A DNA stretch of 37,478 nucleotides from positions 1 through 37,478 of IMG/VR virus record IMGVR_UViG_3300045988_150188; one strand, written 5' to 3'. Numbering within the stretch: position 1 is the stretch's first letter; each line of letters opens with the position of its first letter. The notes under the pieces were generated by a model that made no database searches, had not been told where the DNA came from, and was given only the letters and a program-made list of their open reading frames with translations. This DNA is from a virus. The position numbers were made by a program, and so were the translations under genes. Below, piece after piece: positions 17,206 to 27,022 of this stretch.

Positions 17206-18923
17206 GCCCTCGACCCCCTGCGCCTGGATTCGGTCTGGAGCGGGTCATACACCGCCCTGGCGATCTTGCGCCCGTCGAGGTTGACGACCAGCTCGATGGG
17301 TCCTGACGACTGCCTGCCGGCCCCGCCCATCTCGGAGATGGCGGACTTCACGGCGTCCTTCATCAGGCTCACAGGAGAGACGACCTCGTACTCGCGGGTA
17401 TTGTCGCCGAGGATATAGGGCATCGGATTGTTGGGTGCGACCGCTCCTCCGGATGCGAGGCCGAGCGCGCCCTTGATCTTGGAGACGGCTTTGCCCGGCA
17501 AGGATGTTATGCCTCCGACAGGGTCCTCCACGAAGGATGTGACACCTCCAACGAGGCCATCCTTCAACTCACGGACTTTGGATATCATATCCTCGATCTT
17601 GCCCAGGACCGTATCCACGATCTCCTTGATCTTGTCCCATACGGCCTTGATAGGGTCCATGATGTGGTCCTTGAACTTCTGGCCTGCCGTCTGGATGACT
17701 CCCCACACGGTCTCGGCGATGGTCTGGATTCCTTTCCAGACGTTCGTGGCGAATCCCGATATCCCTCCCCACACGGTCTCGGCGATGGTCTGGATTCCTT
17801 TCCAGACGTTCGTGGCGAATCCCGATATCCCTCCCCATACGGTCTGCGCGACACTCTGGATGGTGGTCCAGACCGTGGTGGCGACACCAGAGATGGTCGT
17901 CCAGACTGTTGAGCCCACCCCCTGCAGAGTGGACCATACCGTGGAGCCTACGGATTGGATGGTCGTCCATGTGTCCCCTCCGAATTTCGTGATCTTGCTC
18001 CAGGCTTCGCCGCCCCACTTGCCGACGTTCTCGAAGACTCCTTTGATCTTGTCCTTGATGCCCGTCAGGGAGAAATTGTCGAGGAAAGCGCGGATCTTCT
18101 GCCCGATCTCCTCCCCGAGCTTGGAAGCGTCCTCCATGCCTTCCTTGAGCTTGTCGGCCTGCTCCGCATCGCCGGAGTTGGACATATCCAAGGTGTTGAG
18201 CTTGTCGAAGCCCGCCAGCCCTGCGGATGTGGCCTCGACGACCTCGCCCATGGAATCGGCCGCATCCTTCGCCGACTCGGACGACGACTTGAAGACGTCT
18301 CCGAATCCGAGGAAGTTGGCGAGTGCGTTGATGCCGCTCTTTATCCACTCGACGACCTGCTTGAGTCCGTCGATGACCGGCTGGACCATACCCTTGATGA
18401 TCCCCCATATGAATGAGCGCAGTATGCGGATCTTTTCCAAGATCCATGTGATGCCGTCCACGACCTTGGAAACGATCGTCATGATGCCGTTGACCAGCGG
18501 AGCCGTGAAAGACCCGATCGTGGTCTTCAGCTTCTTGACGCTCTTCTGCATCTGCCCCGCGGCCTTGGAGTAGCCCTGCGGGTCGAACATCCGGGCCGTG
18601 TCCTTGGCGAACTGCCAGGCGACCTTGGCGGCCTTGGCTGCGATGGCGACCAGCGCTCCGACGACTCCGAGCTTGAAGAGTTTGGCCGCGCCGGAAGATT
18701 TGCCGAAGGCTCCGTCGATCTTGCTGGAGGACTCCTGCCATGTGTCGGACACCTTTTTGAATGTGGGCGAGATGGCCGACAACTTGGAGTTGAACGATGC
18801 CCATTTGGACTGCGACTTCTCCGATTTGTCGGCGGTCTGGTCGAGCTTGCGGTCGACCGCGTCCATGTCCCTCTCGAAGGACTTGGTGTCGGCCGTGACC
18901 TTGATCTTGATCTCGTCTGCCAT
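17202..18923 (-). CDS. tail tape measure protein (573 aa)
   Basis: ATG 18923 with GAGGT SD. Long alpha-helical protein with perfect 22-aa tandem repeats (TVWGGISGFATNVWKGIQTIAE). Confidence 0.85.
   Translation of the reverse strand: MADEIKIKVTADTKSFERDMDAVDRKLDQTADKSEKSQSKWASFNSKLSAISPTFKKVSDTWQESSSKIDGAFGKSSGAAKLFKLGVVGALVAIAAKAAKVAWQFAKDTARMFDPQGYSKAAGQMQKSVKKLKTTIGSFTAPLVNGIMTIVSKVVDGITWILEKIRILRSFIWGIIKGMVQPVIDGLKQVVEWIKSGINALANFLGFGDVFKSSSESAKDAADSMGEVVEATSAGLAGFDKLNTLDMSNSGDAEQADKLKEGMEDASKLGEEIGQKIRAFLDNFSLTGIKDKIKGVFENVGKWGGEAWSKITKFGGDTWTTIQSVGSTVWSTLQGVGSTVWTTISGVATTVWTTIQSVAQTVWGGISGFATNVWKGIQTIAETVWGGISGFATNVWKGIQTIAETVWGVIQTAGQKFKDHIMDPIKAVWDKIKEIVDTVLGKIEDMISKVRELKDGLVGGVTSFVEDPVGGITSLPGKAVSKIKGALGLASGGAVAPNNPMPYILGDNTREYEVVSPVSLMKDAVKSAISEMGGAGRQSSGPIELVVNLDGRKIARAVYDPLQTESRRRGSRA
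17702..17833. repeat. 66-bp perfect tandem duplication inside the tape measure gene
   Basis: cccacacggtctcggcgatggtctggattcctttccagacgttcgtggcgaatcccgatatccct twice in a row, plus a diverged third unit. Confidence 0.85.
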
Positions 18924-18924
18924 G

Positions 18925-19197
18925 TGATAACCTCATGAGCTTGGCGATCTGCTGGCGCTGGGCCATCAGCTGGCGCTCCTCTTCGGCACGACGCTCCATG
19001 TCGGCCCACTCCCTCTCGGTGTAGAACGGACGCAGGACGCGAGAGGTGTCGCCCCCGCCGATGTTGATGCCGATGCCCGCGCAGATGGACAGGGACAGGG
19101 ATATCATCTCCTCCCTCCTCCGCTCGCGCGTGAGCATCGCCGCCTGCCAGACGAGGGACGGCGGGAGCGTCGGGTCGATGCCCTCCGATGCCGCCAC
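18925..19197 (-). CDS. hypothetical coding segment upstream of the tape measure gene with no own stop (possible chaperone T-like frame)
   Basis: High GC3 from GTG 19197 until the tape measure start, then coding signal is lost. The frame is -1 relative to 19215-19502. Confidence 0.3.
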
Positions 19198-19214
19198 GAC
19201 CCTCGTCAGTTCGT

Positions 19215-19502
19215 TCAGTCTCTCCCCTCTCCGTCCGGGGAACCCGTAAACCCCAGGTACTTCGACCCCTGCACGATGTCGGCCATGCGCTCCATGTCGA
19301 CGCCCTGCTCCAGCGCGTTGTCATAGTCGCGGAACCCGATGAACGACGACAGGAGGTTGAGATCGGAGAAGCGCATGCGGTCCATGTGTTGGAACAGGTC
19401 GAGGATGGACCAGTCCGGATGCTCGGCCTCGTAGGCGCAGATGGCATCGATGTCGAGGTCGATATCCCTCTCGGTCCCGTCGGCGAGGGTGACGAGGGTC
19501 AC
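19215..19502 (-). CDS. putative tail assembly chaperone (G-like, ~95 aa)
   Basis: GTG 19502 (GTGA overlap, GGAGGCG SD). Positioned before the tape measure gene. Confidence 0.45.
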   Translation of the reverse strand: MTLVTLADGTERDIDLDIDAICAYEAEHPDWSILDLFQHMDRMRFSDLNLLSSFIGFRDYDNALEQGVDMERMADIVQGSKYLGFTGSPDGEGRD

Positions 19503-19714
19503 TCGGTCGCCTCCGGGATCTCCTCTGCCGCGTCCACCCACATGGGGTAGAGGTGCAAGGACTCGATCATGGCGATCTTCTTACCGGGCTTGTAGACCGC
19601 GCCCGTGCCGTCCTCGCGGGTGTTCCACGCATAGAACGCCTTGCCGTCGGGGACGGGGCCGTCGTATGCCTTGATGACGATCTCGGCTCCGATGCGGTGC
19701 TTGGTCATGGTCAT
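19499..19714 (-). CDS. small tail-module protein (71 aa)
   Basis: ATGA overlap with the major tail protein stop. Confidence 0.5.
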   Translation of the reverse strand: MTMTKHRIGAEIVIKAYDGPVPDGKAFYAWNTREDGTGAVYKPGKKIAMIESLHLYPMWVDAAEEIPEATE

Positions 19715-20181
19715 GCGACCGCCTCCTGCTGTCCGTCCTCATATGTGAGCTTTAGAGTCTGGGTGATCTCCCCCACGGTCAGAGCAGACTGCGGGATGAT
19801 GGTCAGGATGAAGTCCTGCTTGGAGGACACTGCTCCTGCGCCGAAGCGGTAGGAGAACTGGCCCTTGAAGCTGACCTGTTTCTTGAGCTGGGAGTAGACG
19901 ACCTTCCATTCGTAGACGGTCTCCTCGTCCATGGCGAGGATCAGGTCCATATTGGAGTCCGTCACGCCCGCAGGCATGGCGTTCATGGTGAACTCCAAGT
20001 CCGAGGACCAGTCGGGGATGTCTCTGATATATTCCTTCATCTCGGAGGTCAGGTGGGTCACGTCGATCTTCTCCGCGCTCTGCCCGATCTCGGGCACGGC
20101 GCTCACCTCCTTGATCTCCTTCCAGTCCGTGCTCTGCTTCACGTAGAGCTGGACACCTTTGGCGGATACTGCTTCTGACAT
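19711..20181 (-). CDS. major tail protein (156 aa)
   Basis: ATG 20181 with GAGGAGAT SD. Size and position match a siphovirus major tail protein. Confidence 0.6.
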   Translation of the reverse strand: MSEAVSAKGVQLYVKQSTDWKEIKEVSAVPEIGQSAEKIDVTHLTSEMKEYIRDIPDWSSDLEFTMNAMPAGVTDSNMDLILAMDEETVYEWKVVYSQLKKQVSFKGQFSYRFGAGAVSSKQDFILTIIPQSALTVGEITQTLKLTYEDGQQEAVA

Positions 20182-20190
20182 ATGATCTCC

Positions 20191-20553
20191 TCATGCGAAG
20201 ATTCTCCCGCGCGTGTCCATCAGCCCTCCGATGGTCAGATTGACGCGGTAAAGATGGTTGGGCTCCTCGTAGATGCCGGAGAAGCCGGTGGATTGGATGT
20301 TGTAATGGGATAGAGCGTCGAGGACGTCCATCGCGGTCTTGCGCGCAACAGATGGCGAGGACGCGAGGATGCCCACGGAGTAGGTGAGACGGACGAGGAC
20401 CTCGGAGCCGTCGGGTCCGACCTGCTCCGGTGTCCTGCCGATCATGTCGATGACGGCGTAGGGTCCCTTCGGGGACTTCTGCGGCCATGCAAGGTAGGCG
20501 GATCCTACCACACCCTTGATGATGGATAGGATGTGCTCGGTAGGGTCTATCAT
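20191..20553 (-). CDS. tail completion / neck protein (120 aa)
   Basis: ATGA overlap. Position in the head-tail joining block. Confidence 0.55.
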   Translation of the reverse strand: MIDPTEHILSIIKGVVGSAYLAWPQKSPKGPYAVIDMIGRTPEQVGPDGSEVLVRLTYSVGILASSPSVARKTAMDVLDALSHYNIQSTGFSGIYEEPNHLYRVNLTIGGLMDTRGRIFA

Positions 20554-21026
20554 GCCTCGAACTCCTCCTTGATGCCTTCCTTGATGATCTTGACGAAGGC
20601 CCTGCGGTTATTGTAGAGCGCGGGGCGCATGAACGGTCTGGCGGACTGGCTGACGGCGACCTTAAACGGATGCTCGGGGTCGCCCGTAGGATAGACCCAT
20701 GAGGATTTGGACGTGTGCGGTATCTCCGGATCCCCCTTGGGTCCGGTGCCGTACTCGATGAAGAGCGCGTAGGACACGTCCGTGCGGATGCCGACCGACA
20801 CGCCCTCCTCCGGATGCTCGACGAAACTGTTGTAGCCGTCGTCGGTCTCGATGGAGTTGCGCAGGAGGCCCGTGTCCACGGCCTTCTGGTCCGTGAGCTT
20901 CTGTGCCGCGGTAGTCCGCATCTGCTCCTGGATCCTGCCCGCGCACCGTCTCTCGATGATGCCGTCCAGGTCCACCATGCTGCGGAGCTTCCTCTGCACG
21001 TCCTCGGCGTCGACCTCTATCCTCAT
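20550..21026 (-). CDS. HK97 gp10-like head-tail joining protein (~158 aa)
   Basis: ATG 21026 with GGAGGTCAG SD (ATGA overlap). Position after the head-closure protein. Confidence 0.6.
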   Translation of the reverse strand: MRIEVDAEDVQRKLRSMVDLDGIIERRCAGRIQEQMRTTAAQKLTDQKAVDTGLLRNSIETDDGYNSFVEHPEEGVSVGIRTDVSYALFIEYGTGPKGDPEIPHTSKSSWVYPTGDPEHPFKVAVSQSARPFMRPALYNNRRAFVKIIKEGIKEEFEA

Positions 21027-21349
21027 AGCGGTCTGACCTCCAGGTTCTGACTGCCCGGATAGTCCAGGCATGACACGATCTCATAGGTCGGCTCGGTGGA
21101 GCCCGCAGGCCCCATCCTGTCGCCGAGGACGAACGGATGTGCGAACGACACGACAGCCCTCCAGCGGGTCTCGGAGTCCGAAGTCCCCGAGTCGGACTGG
21201 GTCCGACCGGAGGACAGGGGTGAGAAGCCGATGAAGATGACCTTGGGCTCACGCACATAGGATGGCACGGCATCGCCGGTCTCGGAGTCCGTGGACTCGA
21301 TTCTGCGATACCGCAGCATGCGGCGGAGATCGGTTGCCAGACACTGCAT
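21023..21349 (-). CDS. head closure protein (gp7-like, ~108 aa)
   Basis: GC3 shifts to this frame at ~21349 (M-QCLATDLRR...). Size and position are typical. Confidence 0.5.
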   Translation of the reverse strand: MQCLATDLRRMLRYRRIESTDSETGDAVPSYVREPKVIFIGFSPLSSGRTQSDSGTSDSETRWRAVVSFAHPFVLGDRMGPAGSTEPTYEIVSCLDYPGSQNLEVRPL

Positions 21350-21665
21350 CGACACCGACCACCAGTTTCCATGCCTTGATCTCGCGCTCGATATCCGCGG
21401 GCATGGTCGCCTCCGGATACTCGCGCTCGACCTCGCCGTCCTTGACGTGCTTGGCACCCTCGCCGCCCTCCATGTTGGACCACATCACCGCGATGCGCGT
21501 GATGATGGAGTCCGCACGGGCTCCGGGATCCGCACTGCGATGGGTCACGGAGAGGAAATAGTCCCTCGAATCCTCCAGAAGCATCGTCAGATACTCGTCG
21601 GATTTGTCCGTGAGGGTCCTCCTGGTGCGGAGACGGGATAGACGGCGGAGGGTGTCGGTGTCCAT
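21249..21665 (-). CDS. head-tail connector (gp6-like). The ORF runs ~100 nt into the next gene.
   Basis: ATG 21665, 8 nt before the capsid protein stop. The first ~106 aa are protein-like; the tail is low-GC3. Confidence 0.5.
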   Translation of the reverse strand: MDTDTLRRLSRLRTRRTLTDKSDEYLTMLLEDSRDYFLSVTHRSADPGARADSIITRIAVMWSNMEGGEGAKHVKDGEVEREYPEATMPADIEREIKAWKLVVGVDAVSGNRSPPHAAVSQNRVHGLRDRRCRAILCA

Positions 21666-21669
21666 CGGA

Positions 21670-22635
21670 TCATCCCGTCTTCTTTCCGCACTGGGCGTAG
21701 ATACCGCTTGCGCCGGAGTTCTTCTCCACGATGACATCGTGGTAGAGTCTGTACATCAGAGAGTCCGCGTCCTTGGACTGGTTGATGCTCGCGTCGATGA
21801 ACTTGGGCTCGCTGAAGACAGTGACTCCCTGGGCGCATCCGGGTGCGACAATGACGAAGTAGATGTCCTGTGCGTCGGTGCCGGGTGCGATTCCGCCCTT
21901 GTTGCCGGAGGTGGCTCCGGGGGTGTTGTAGGAGTAGATGGTCTTCATCCTCGCCGACGGAACCCACACGATGGGGTTGCCGTCGATGGACTCGGTGGTG
22001 AGGTCGATGTTGGGCACGCCGGAGATCTGCTTGACCTTGGTGTACTCGGAGGACTCGCGGAGGACCGATTTCATGTTGTTGTTGAGGTAGATGGTGCTTC
22101 CGGAGTCTACTCCGCGCTCCTCGTAGATGGTGTCGAGTCCGACTCCGATCTTGGAGAGGAGGTTGGCCTTGGTGGGTGCGGCGGTCTCCTCGACCACGTG
22201 GGATGCCAGTGCGGTCTTGGTCTTGGAGACGGCACCGGAGAGCCTGGTGGCGTCGATCTCGGGGATGACCTGGAGCCTCATGAGCTGGGCCGCGGCTGCG
22301 GCGGTGGAGGCGAGTCCGTCGGTCTGGACCTTGTCCTTGCGGTCGATGTCGATCTTGATTCCCCTGTCGTAAGCCAGGGTGTAGTCCGTCCACTCGATGG
22401 TGGCGGCTCCGACGGGGTATCCCTTGACCTTGTCATAGTCTCCGAGTCCGTCGGTTGTCATGGTCGGGAGTTTCGCGGTCGCCGAGCCGTTGAAGGCCTG
22501 GACGATCTCCTGCGAGGCGTTCATGCCCGCAGTGACGCTTTCTTTCTTCACGATCTCGTCCATCTTGGATGAGATCATCTTGACGATGGTGGTGATGGAG
22601 TTGTCCACACCACTGCCTGAGTATGTCGCTGCCAT
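21670..22635 (-). CDS. major capsid protein, HK97 fold (321 aa)
   Basis: Follows the scaffold gene. Sequence character is typical of HK97-fold major capsid proteins. Confidence 0.8.
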   Translation of the reverse strand: MAATYSGSGVDNSITTIVKMISSKMDEIVKKESVTAGMNASQEIVQAFNGSATAKLPTMTTDGLGDYDKVKGYPVGAATIEWTDYTLAYDRGIKIDIDRKDKVQTDGLASTAAAAAQLMRLQVIPEIDATRLSGAVSKTKTALASHVVEETAAPTKANLLSKIGVGLDTIYEERGVDSGSTIYLNNNMKSVLRESSEYTKVKQISGVPNIDLTTESIDGNPIVWVPSARMKTIYSYNTPGATSGNKGGIAPGTDAQDIYFVIVAPGCAQGVTVFSEPKFIDASINQSKDADSLMYRLYHDVIVEKNSGASGIYAQCGKKTG

Positions 22636-22639
22636 GTGA

Positions 22640-23170
22640 TCATCTCTTAATGCCCATGAGGCGATCGAGCATGCTGCTCATTTCGTCCTCCTTGGTCGGG
22701 CCGGCACCCTGTCCTGCCGGAGGGGTGCCCCGATTGAGGCTCTCGCTGACCTGTCTGGCCACGAGATCCGAGACGGATTTGGAGAACGCGGCGATGTTGG
22801 CATCCGTCTGCTCATCGGAGTCTCCGATGAGGTTGCCTGCGAACTCCACAGGAAGTCCCTGCTTGGCGAGTTCGCCCTGCGCTCTGGTGACGGCCAAGGT
22901 ACGCTTGAGCTCCGCGAGCTCGGTATCCCTTGCCTTCACCTTTTGCTCATACTCGGCTTTGACACGCTCCTCCCCTTCAAGCTGTGCGATGCGGGCCTGC
23001 TCCGCTGCCTCGTCGGCGCGGGTCTTGTCCTCGCGGTCTCTCCGCTCCCTCTCCGCTTTGAGACGCTGCGACACGATCTTGTCCACCTCGTCCTGGGTGA
23101 AGGTTTTGAGCTCGGGTTGGGGTTCTCCCCCTGTGCCGGTATCGTCGATGTTCTCTTTTCCGTCTGTCAC
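22640..23170 (-). CDS. scaffolding protein (176 aa)
   Basis: Charged coiled-coil (ERERRDREDKTRADEAAEQARIAQLEGEERVKAEYEQKVKARD). Immediately upstream of the capsid gene. GTG start. Confidence 0.7.
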   Translation of the reverse strand: MTDGKENIDDTGTGGEPQPELKTFTQDEVDKIVSQRLKAERERRDREDKTRADEAAEQARIAQLEGEERVKAEYEQKVKARDTELAELKRTLAVTRAQGELAKQGLPVEFAGNLIGDSDEQTDANIAAFSKSVSDLVARQVSESLNRGTPPAGQGAGPTKEDEMSSMLDRLMGIKR

Positions 23171-23195
23171 GGGTACAACCCCCCCTTGGGGTGGT

Positions 23196-23250
23196 TAAAA
23201 CGACGAGGATAGGGGTATAAAAACGAAATTCGGGATTAAGAGGTTTCAAG
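23196..23250 (-). promoter_or_regulatory. conserved promoter element copy (internal promoter before scaffold and capsid)
   Basis: aggggtataaaaacgaaattcgggattaagaggtttcaaggggttt on the plus strand. TATA ~43 nt before GTG 23170. Confidence 0.6.
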
Positions 23251-23257
23251 GGGTTTT

Positions 23258-24331
23258 TCAGTCCTTCTTCTTGAATTTGGGCTTGTACTCGATGCCGTCC
23301 TTCCTGCCGGGTCCGAGATGCGTGTACCACTGCTCGTAGGTGTAGTCGTGCGGAACGGGGACCATCTCTCCGGTGGCATCGTCGCGGATCGCCCTCGGTG
23401 CGGAGAGCTCCTCGATGTCCTTGCCGAGATAAGCCACTGTGGTGCATCTGCAATTGGGGTGCATCGGCGGATAGTTGACTCCGACCTGCGCCTTGTCGCG
23501 GTCGAATATCTTGCCGTCGAGCTGACCGCAGACGGGGCATGTGCGCTCGTCATAGGATGCCATGAAACGATATTGGCTCACGCCGTGCTTCTTATAGGCC
23601 TCCATGTGGGCCTCGCCCGCCGTCTCGGTGATGACGGTCCGGGCCTCGCGCTTAGATCTGAACCTCATGGCTCCCTTGATGTCGTCCACGCTTTTTGAAA
23701 CCATGTCCGGCGGGAGGCCGCGGAGCATGGAGTTTATGACCGTTTTGGACGAGAAATCGACGAGAGGGTCCATGTACCGCCTCGCATCGGGCATGTCGAA
23801 CACGGAGTCCACGATGACCTGCACGCGGCCGCCTTTGATGGCGTCGACCGCCCACCCCATGCCCGTCTCCTTCTGGAGGACGAACGTCCCGCGGTAGTAG
23901 CCGTCCTTGGCGACCTCGGACAGGATCCTCGCGGTCGTGTATAGCATGTCGTCGAGGACGGCGTAGCAGTTGAGCCTCGCGAGCGTCCTTATGGCGCGGA
24001 TGTTGGTCATGCGGTGATGGGCGATCTGCCCCGTAATGCTCTTCCATATCGTCTCGCGGTAGCGCTCCGGGACCGCCTTGAGGAGCGCCTGCATCCTGAT
24101 GATGGTGGCGGAGTCCGCGAAGCCGTTGAGGAAGATGGCGGCGGGCTGGTCCGCGTACCTCCCGCGCTCCATCATGGCGCGGACGTCCGAGATCAGCCCG
24201 TCGATGGCGCGGTTGGTGATGCGCGAGAGGGACTTGGCGAGGGGCGTCATGTTGCCCTGGTAGCTCGCCACCTCCCTCTCGATGTCGTCATTCCAGGATG
24301 GGGCCTTCGCCATCGTCCTCGTCCTCGTCAT
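23258..24331 (-). CDS. minor head / head morphogenesis protein (SPP1 gp7 / Mu F-like)
   Basis: Motifs CPVCGQLDGKIF and HPNCRCT near the C-terminus. Start ATG 24331 or 24313, overlapping the portal gene end. Confidence 0.8.
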   Translation of the reverse strand: MTRTRTMAKAPSWNDDIEREVASYQGNMTPLAKSLSRITNRAIDGLISDVRAMMERGRYADQPAAIFLNGFADSATIIRMQALLKAVPERYRETIWKSITGQIAHHRMTNIRAIRTLARLNCYAVLDDMLYTTARILSEVAKDGYYRGTFVLQKETGMGWAVDAIKGGRVQVIVDSVFDMPDARRYMDPLVDFSSKTVINSMLRGLPPDMVSKSVDDIKGAMRFRSKREARTVITETAGEAHMEAYKKHGVSQYRFMASYDERTCPVCGQLDGKIFDRDKAQVGVNYPPMHPNCRCTTVAYLGKDIEELSAPRAIRDDATGEMVPVPHDYTYEQWYTHLGPGRKDGIEYKPKFKKKD

Positions 24332-25724
24332 CCATCGGAGGGTTCTGCATCCTGCCGAGCGACCTCGTGGCGTCGTCCTCGAAGGACATGGCGTCGGAGG
24401 ACGATGCGGACGACGCCTCCTCCTCCACGAGCTCCGCCTCCTCGGCGGGGTCGGGAATGGCGGAGATCTGCATCCTCGCGGTCGCCTTGGACATGATGCC
24501 GGAGGACGTGAGCTGCGTCAGGGCGGTCGCCATGTAGGACAGGTCCTGGGGGGCATTGAACTGGAAGACGATGTCCATGCTCTCGATGTCCGTCCTCGGC
24601 TCGTACCCGACGGACATGGACGGGTTGTTCAGGCGGTAGTCGTAGAGCTTGACACGGCGGATGAAACCCTCGCGGAAGCGCGCGGTCTTCTCCGCCATCA
24701 TCTGGTCCGTTCCGAACATCTTGTAGGCCATGGCGATGCCCGACGCGTTGCCCGCGAACTGCTCGTCGGACAGGTCGGGGACCATTGCGAACTTGTGGAT
24801 GTCGCTGGCGTACTGGTCCTGCAGGACCTGGATGCCCGTCTCGTCCATGGTCTTGGTGAGCCATGTGGCGGTGGTGTCGTCGTCGCCCTGCAAAACGCGG
24901 GTTTTCTTCAGGAACTCCTTGCCCTGCTCGATCTCCTCGGGAGTGGCACCGATGATGGACCCTTGGATGAAGAGCATCGTCTGGGCGAACGCGTCCTTGT
25001 CGTCCTGCCTGTCGGACAGGAGCGAATTATAGGCATCCTGCAGGTCCATGATGCCCTCGAAGTCTCCGAGCATGTCCCGTGAGTTGCGATACTCGATCAG
25101 AGGCACGCGTCCGAAGCCGTGCGGTACGGGATCCTGGATCATGCGCCAGCCATCGGCGGAGTCGTCGCTGACGGACTCCCACACGCTCATGCTCTGCCGG
25201 TCGTACATGTACATGGTGTAGTGGATGGTGTCGGCCTCGTCGCGGTAGGAGTAGATGACCGCGCCGAAGACCGAATCGCGCTCCATGTCTCCGGTGTAAG
25301 CGACGAATGCGTTGCGAGGGGACACGACGACCGAGTTCGGTTCTGTCTTGTCCTTCGGAAGATAGACGAGCTCGAACGCCTTGCCGTAGATGCTCATATC
25401 GAGAGCGAGCTGGGAGTCCACCGACCATTTGGTCTGACGGTGCATGAGGTCGATGATCTGCTGGCCGTAAGAATCGTCCTCTGCACAGACGTACTTCGGC
25501 TGATTGCCGACCATGTAACCGCGAAGGGCCTTTGAGATGTATGCGCAGAAATTCGACACGATGCGGTTGCCGTCACGGTCGGGGAAGTCCTGGTCTCCGA
25601 TGTAGTAGCGGTAGAGCGTGTCGTAGCGCGACTTCTGGCCGATCCAGTCCACGAATGCGTTGCGGACCGTCCTCGGCGTGATGTTCTCTTGTGTGACGAT
25701 GGTTTCAGGCGGTTCTGTTCTCAT
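24288..25724 (-). CDS. portal protein (SPP1 family, 478 aa)
   Basis: Located between terminase large subunit and minor head protein. Acidic C-terminal tail. ATGA overlap with the terminase stop. Confidence 0.8.
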   Translation of the reverse strand: MRTEPPETIVTQENITPRTVRNAFVDWIGQKSRYDTLYRYYIGDQDFPDRDGNRIVSNFCAYISKALRGYMVGNQPKYVCAEDDSYGQQIIDLMHRQTKWSVDSQLALDMSIYGKAFELVYLPKDKTEPNSVVVSPRNAFVAYTGDMERDSVFGAVIYSYRDEADTIHYTMYMYDRQSMSVWESVSDDSADGWRMIQDPVPHGFGRVPLIEYRNSRDMLGDFEGIMDLQDAYNSLLSDRQDDKDAFAQTMLFIQGSIIGATPEEIEQGKEFLKKTRVLQGDDDTTATWLTKTMDETGIQVLQDQYASDIHKFAMVPDLSDEQFAGNASGIAMAYKMFGTDQMMAEKTARFREGFIRRVKLYDYRLNNPSMSVGYEPRTDIESMDIVFQFNAPQDLSYMATALTQLTSSGIMSKATARMQISAIPDPAEEAELVEEEASSASSSDAMSFEDDATRSLGRMQNPPMDDEDEDDGEGPILE

Positions 25725-27022
25725 GCTATCAGTCCTACGATTGGCCTCATGAAGGTGTATCCGAAGTAGCGAACCGCGTCCATGCGGTCATCGCCGAGTT
25801 TGACGGGCTTCTCGATGCCGTTCTCGGCGGCCTTGGAATCCCATGAGTATGTGCGAAATTCCCCCAGAATATCCTGGAGGGTGTCGTGAAATACGAGCAT
25901 CCCTGACCTCATGGCCTCGCGGATATACTCGATCCCGGGAAGGACGTCGTTCTTGGCCTTGCGAACATTGAGACCGTGCTTGACGAACTCGTCGCGAAGG
26001 GTCCTCGCAGCCGGATCTATAGCCACTTGGATGCGATTGGGGTCGGCTCCGATGCGTCTGCACACATCGAGGAATCCGCAGTAGTGGTCATAGGTCGTCT
26101 TCCCGCTGGCCTCGTCGAAATACTCGGCGCAGATGCGCCAGTCCCTGCGGTTGCCCTTGAACGTTCCGCCGAAGACCATGACGGTCGGATGGGTGGCTCC
26201 GAAGTCGATGGCGCAGTAGCGCACGTCCACATCGGAGATGTCAAACGCACGGAACGAGGACTCCACGAGGATCGGATAGACGAGTCCTTCCGCCACGCAT
26301 CTCTCCCCGAGGACGTACCTGCGATAAAGGTAGGATCCTTCGGGATATTGCGCCTTGAGGGATGCGATCATCGGAGGAGTCATCGCAGGATTGTCATCGG
26401 GCGTGAAGTGAAAGTAGTGGTATCCTCCGAGCTCCTTTTTCTCCTCCTCGGACATCGCATCATAACGGTCCAGGTAGTCGGTGTAGATCCACTCCTTCGG
26501 CGCCCCGGGGTTGAGCGAGAAATAATGGCGGCGATCCTTGGAGACCGCTGTACGTCTCAGCGCCTCGGCCACGAACTCGCGATCATGCATATTGACTTCA
26601 TCCGCCATCCATCCTCCGAAGGTCTGTCCACGGAGAGCCATGTAGGATCTGATGTCTGATGCACCCATGATGATGATCTTCTTCGTGACCACACCCTCTG
26701 GCGTCGGAACGTTGAAGACGACTGCCCTCGACTCTCCGACCTTGCGGTATTCGCTCCCCGGGATCAGATTGAGGAGGCCGAACCGCTCCAGGATGCAGTT
26801 CTGTTCGGCGGTCTTGACCGTCCTCCCCGACAGGAGGAACGTCGTCTCGGGCGATCTCACCACATAGACCGCGAACGCCATGAGGAGGGTGCAGGTCTTC
26901 CCGGACCTTACGGAGCCTTCGGCCACGGTCAGAAATCCGTCCGAATCGAGGCACGCGGCGATCTTATCACGGCTGGCCTTGACCGGATGGACCATAATAT
27001 GAATCGGCTCAGTCTGACCCAT
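25721..27022 (-). CDS. terL: terminase large subunit (~433 aa)
   Basis: Walker A GSVRSGKT. Nuclease-domain acidic residues. ATG 27022; the table ORF's N-terminal 87 aa are junk. Confidence 0.85.
   Translation of the reverse strand: MGQTEPIHIMVHPVKASRDKIAACLDSDGFLTVAEGSVRSGKTCTLLMAFAVYVVRSPETTFLLSGRTVKTAEQNCILERFGLLNLIPGSEYRKVGESRAVVFNVPTPEGVVTKKIIIMGASDIRSYMALRGQTFGGWMADEVNMHDREFVAEALRRTAVSKDRRHYFSLNPGAPKEWIYTDYLDRYDAMSEEEKKELGGYHYFHFTPDDNPAMTPPMIASLKAQYPEGSYLYRRYVLGERCVAEGLVYPILVESSFRAFDISDVDVRYCAIDFGATHPTVMVFGGTFKGNRRDWRICAEYFDEASGKTTYDHYCGFLDVCRRIGADPNRIQVAIDPAARTLRDEFVKHGLNVRKAKNDVLPGIEYIREAMRSGMLVFHDTLQDILGEFRTYSWDSKAAENGIEKPVKLGDDRMDAVRYFGYTFMRPIVGLIA

Noticed and set aside
19215-19260. 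Canonical -1 slippery heptamer for G/GT frameshift
   Set aside because: The overlap (…TACCTGGGGTTTACGGGTTCCCCGGACGGAGAGGGGAGAGACTGA) contains no X XXY YYZ site in the zero frame. The frameshift is therefore left only as a hypothesis.
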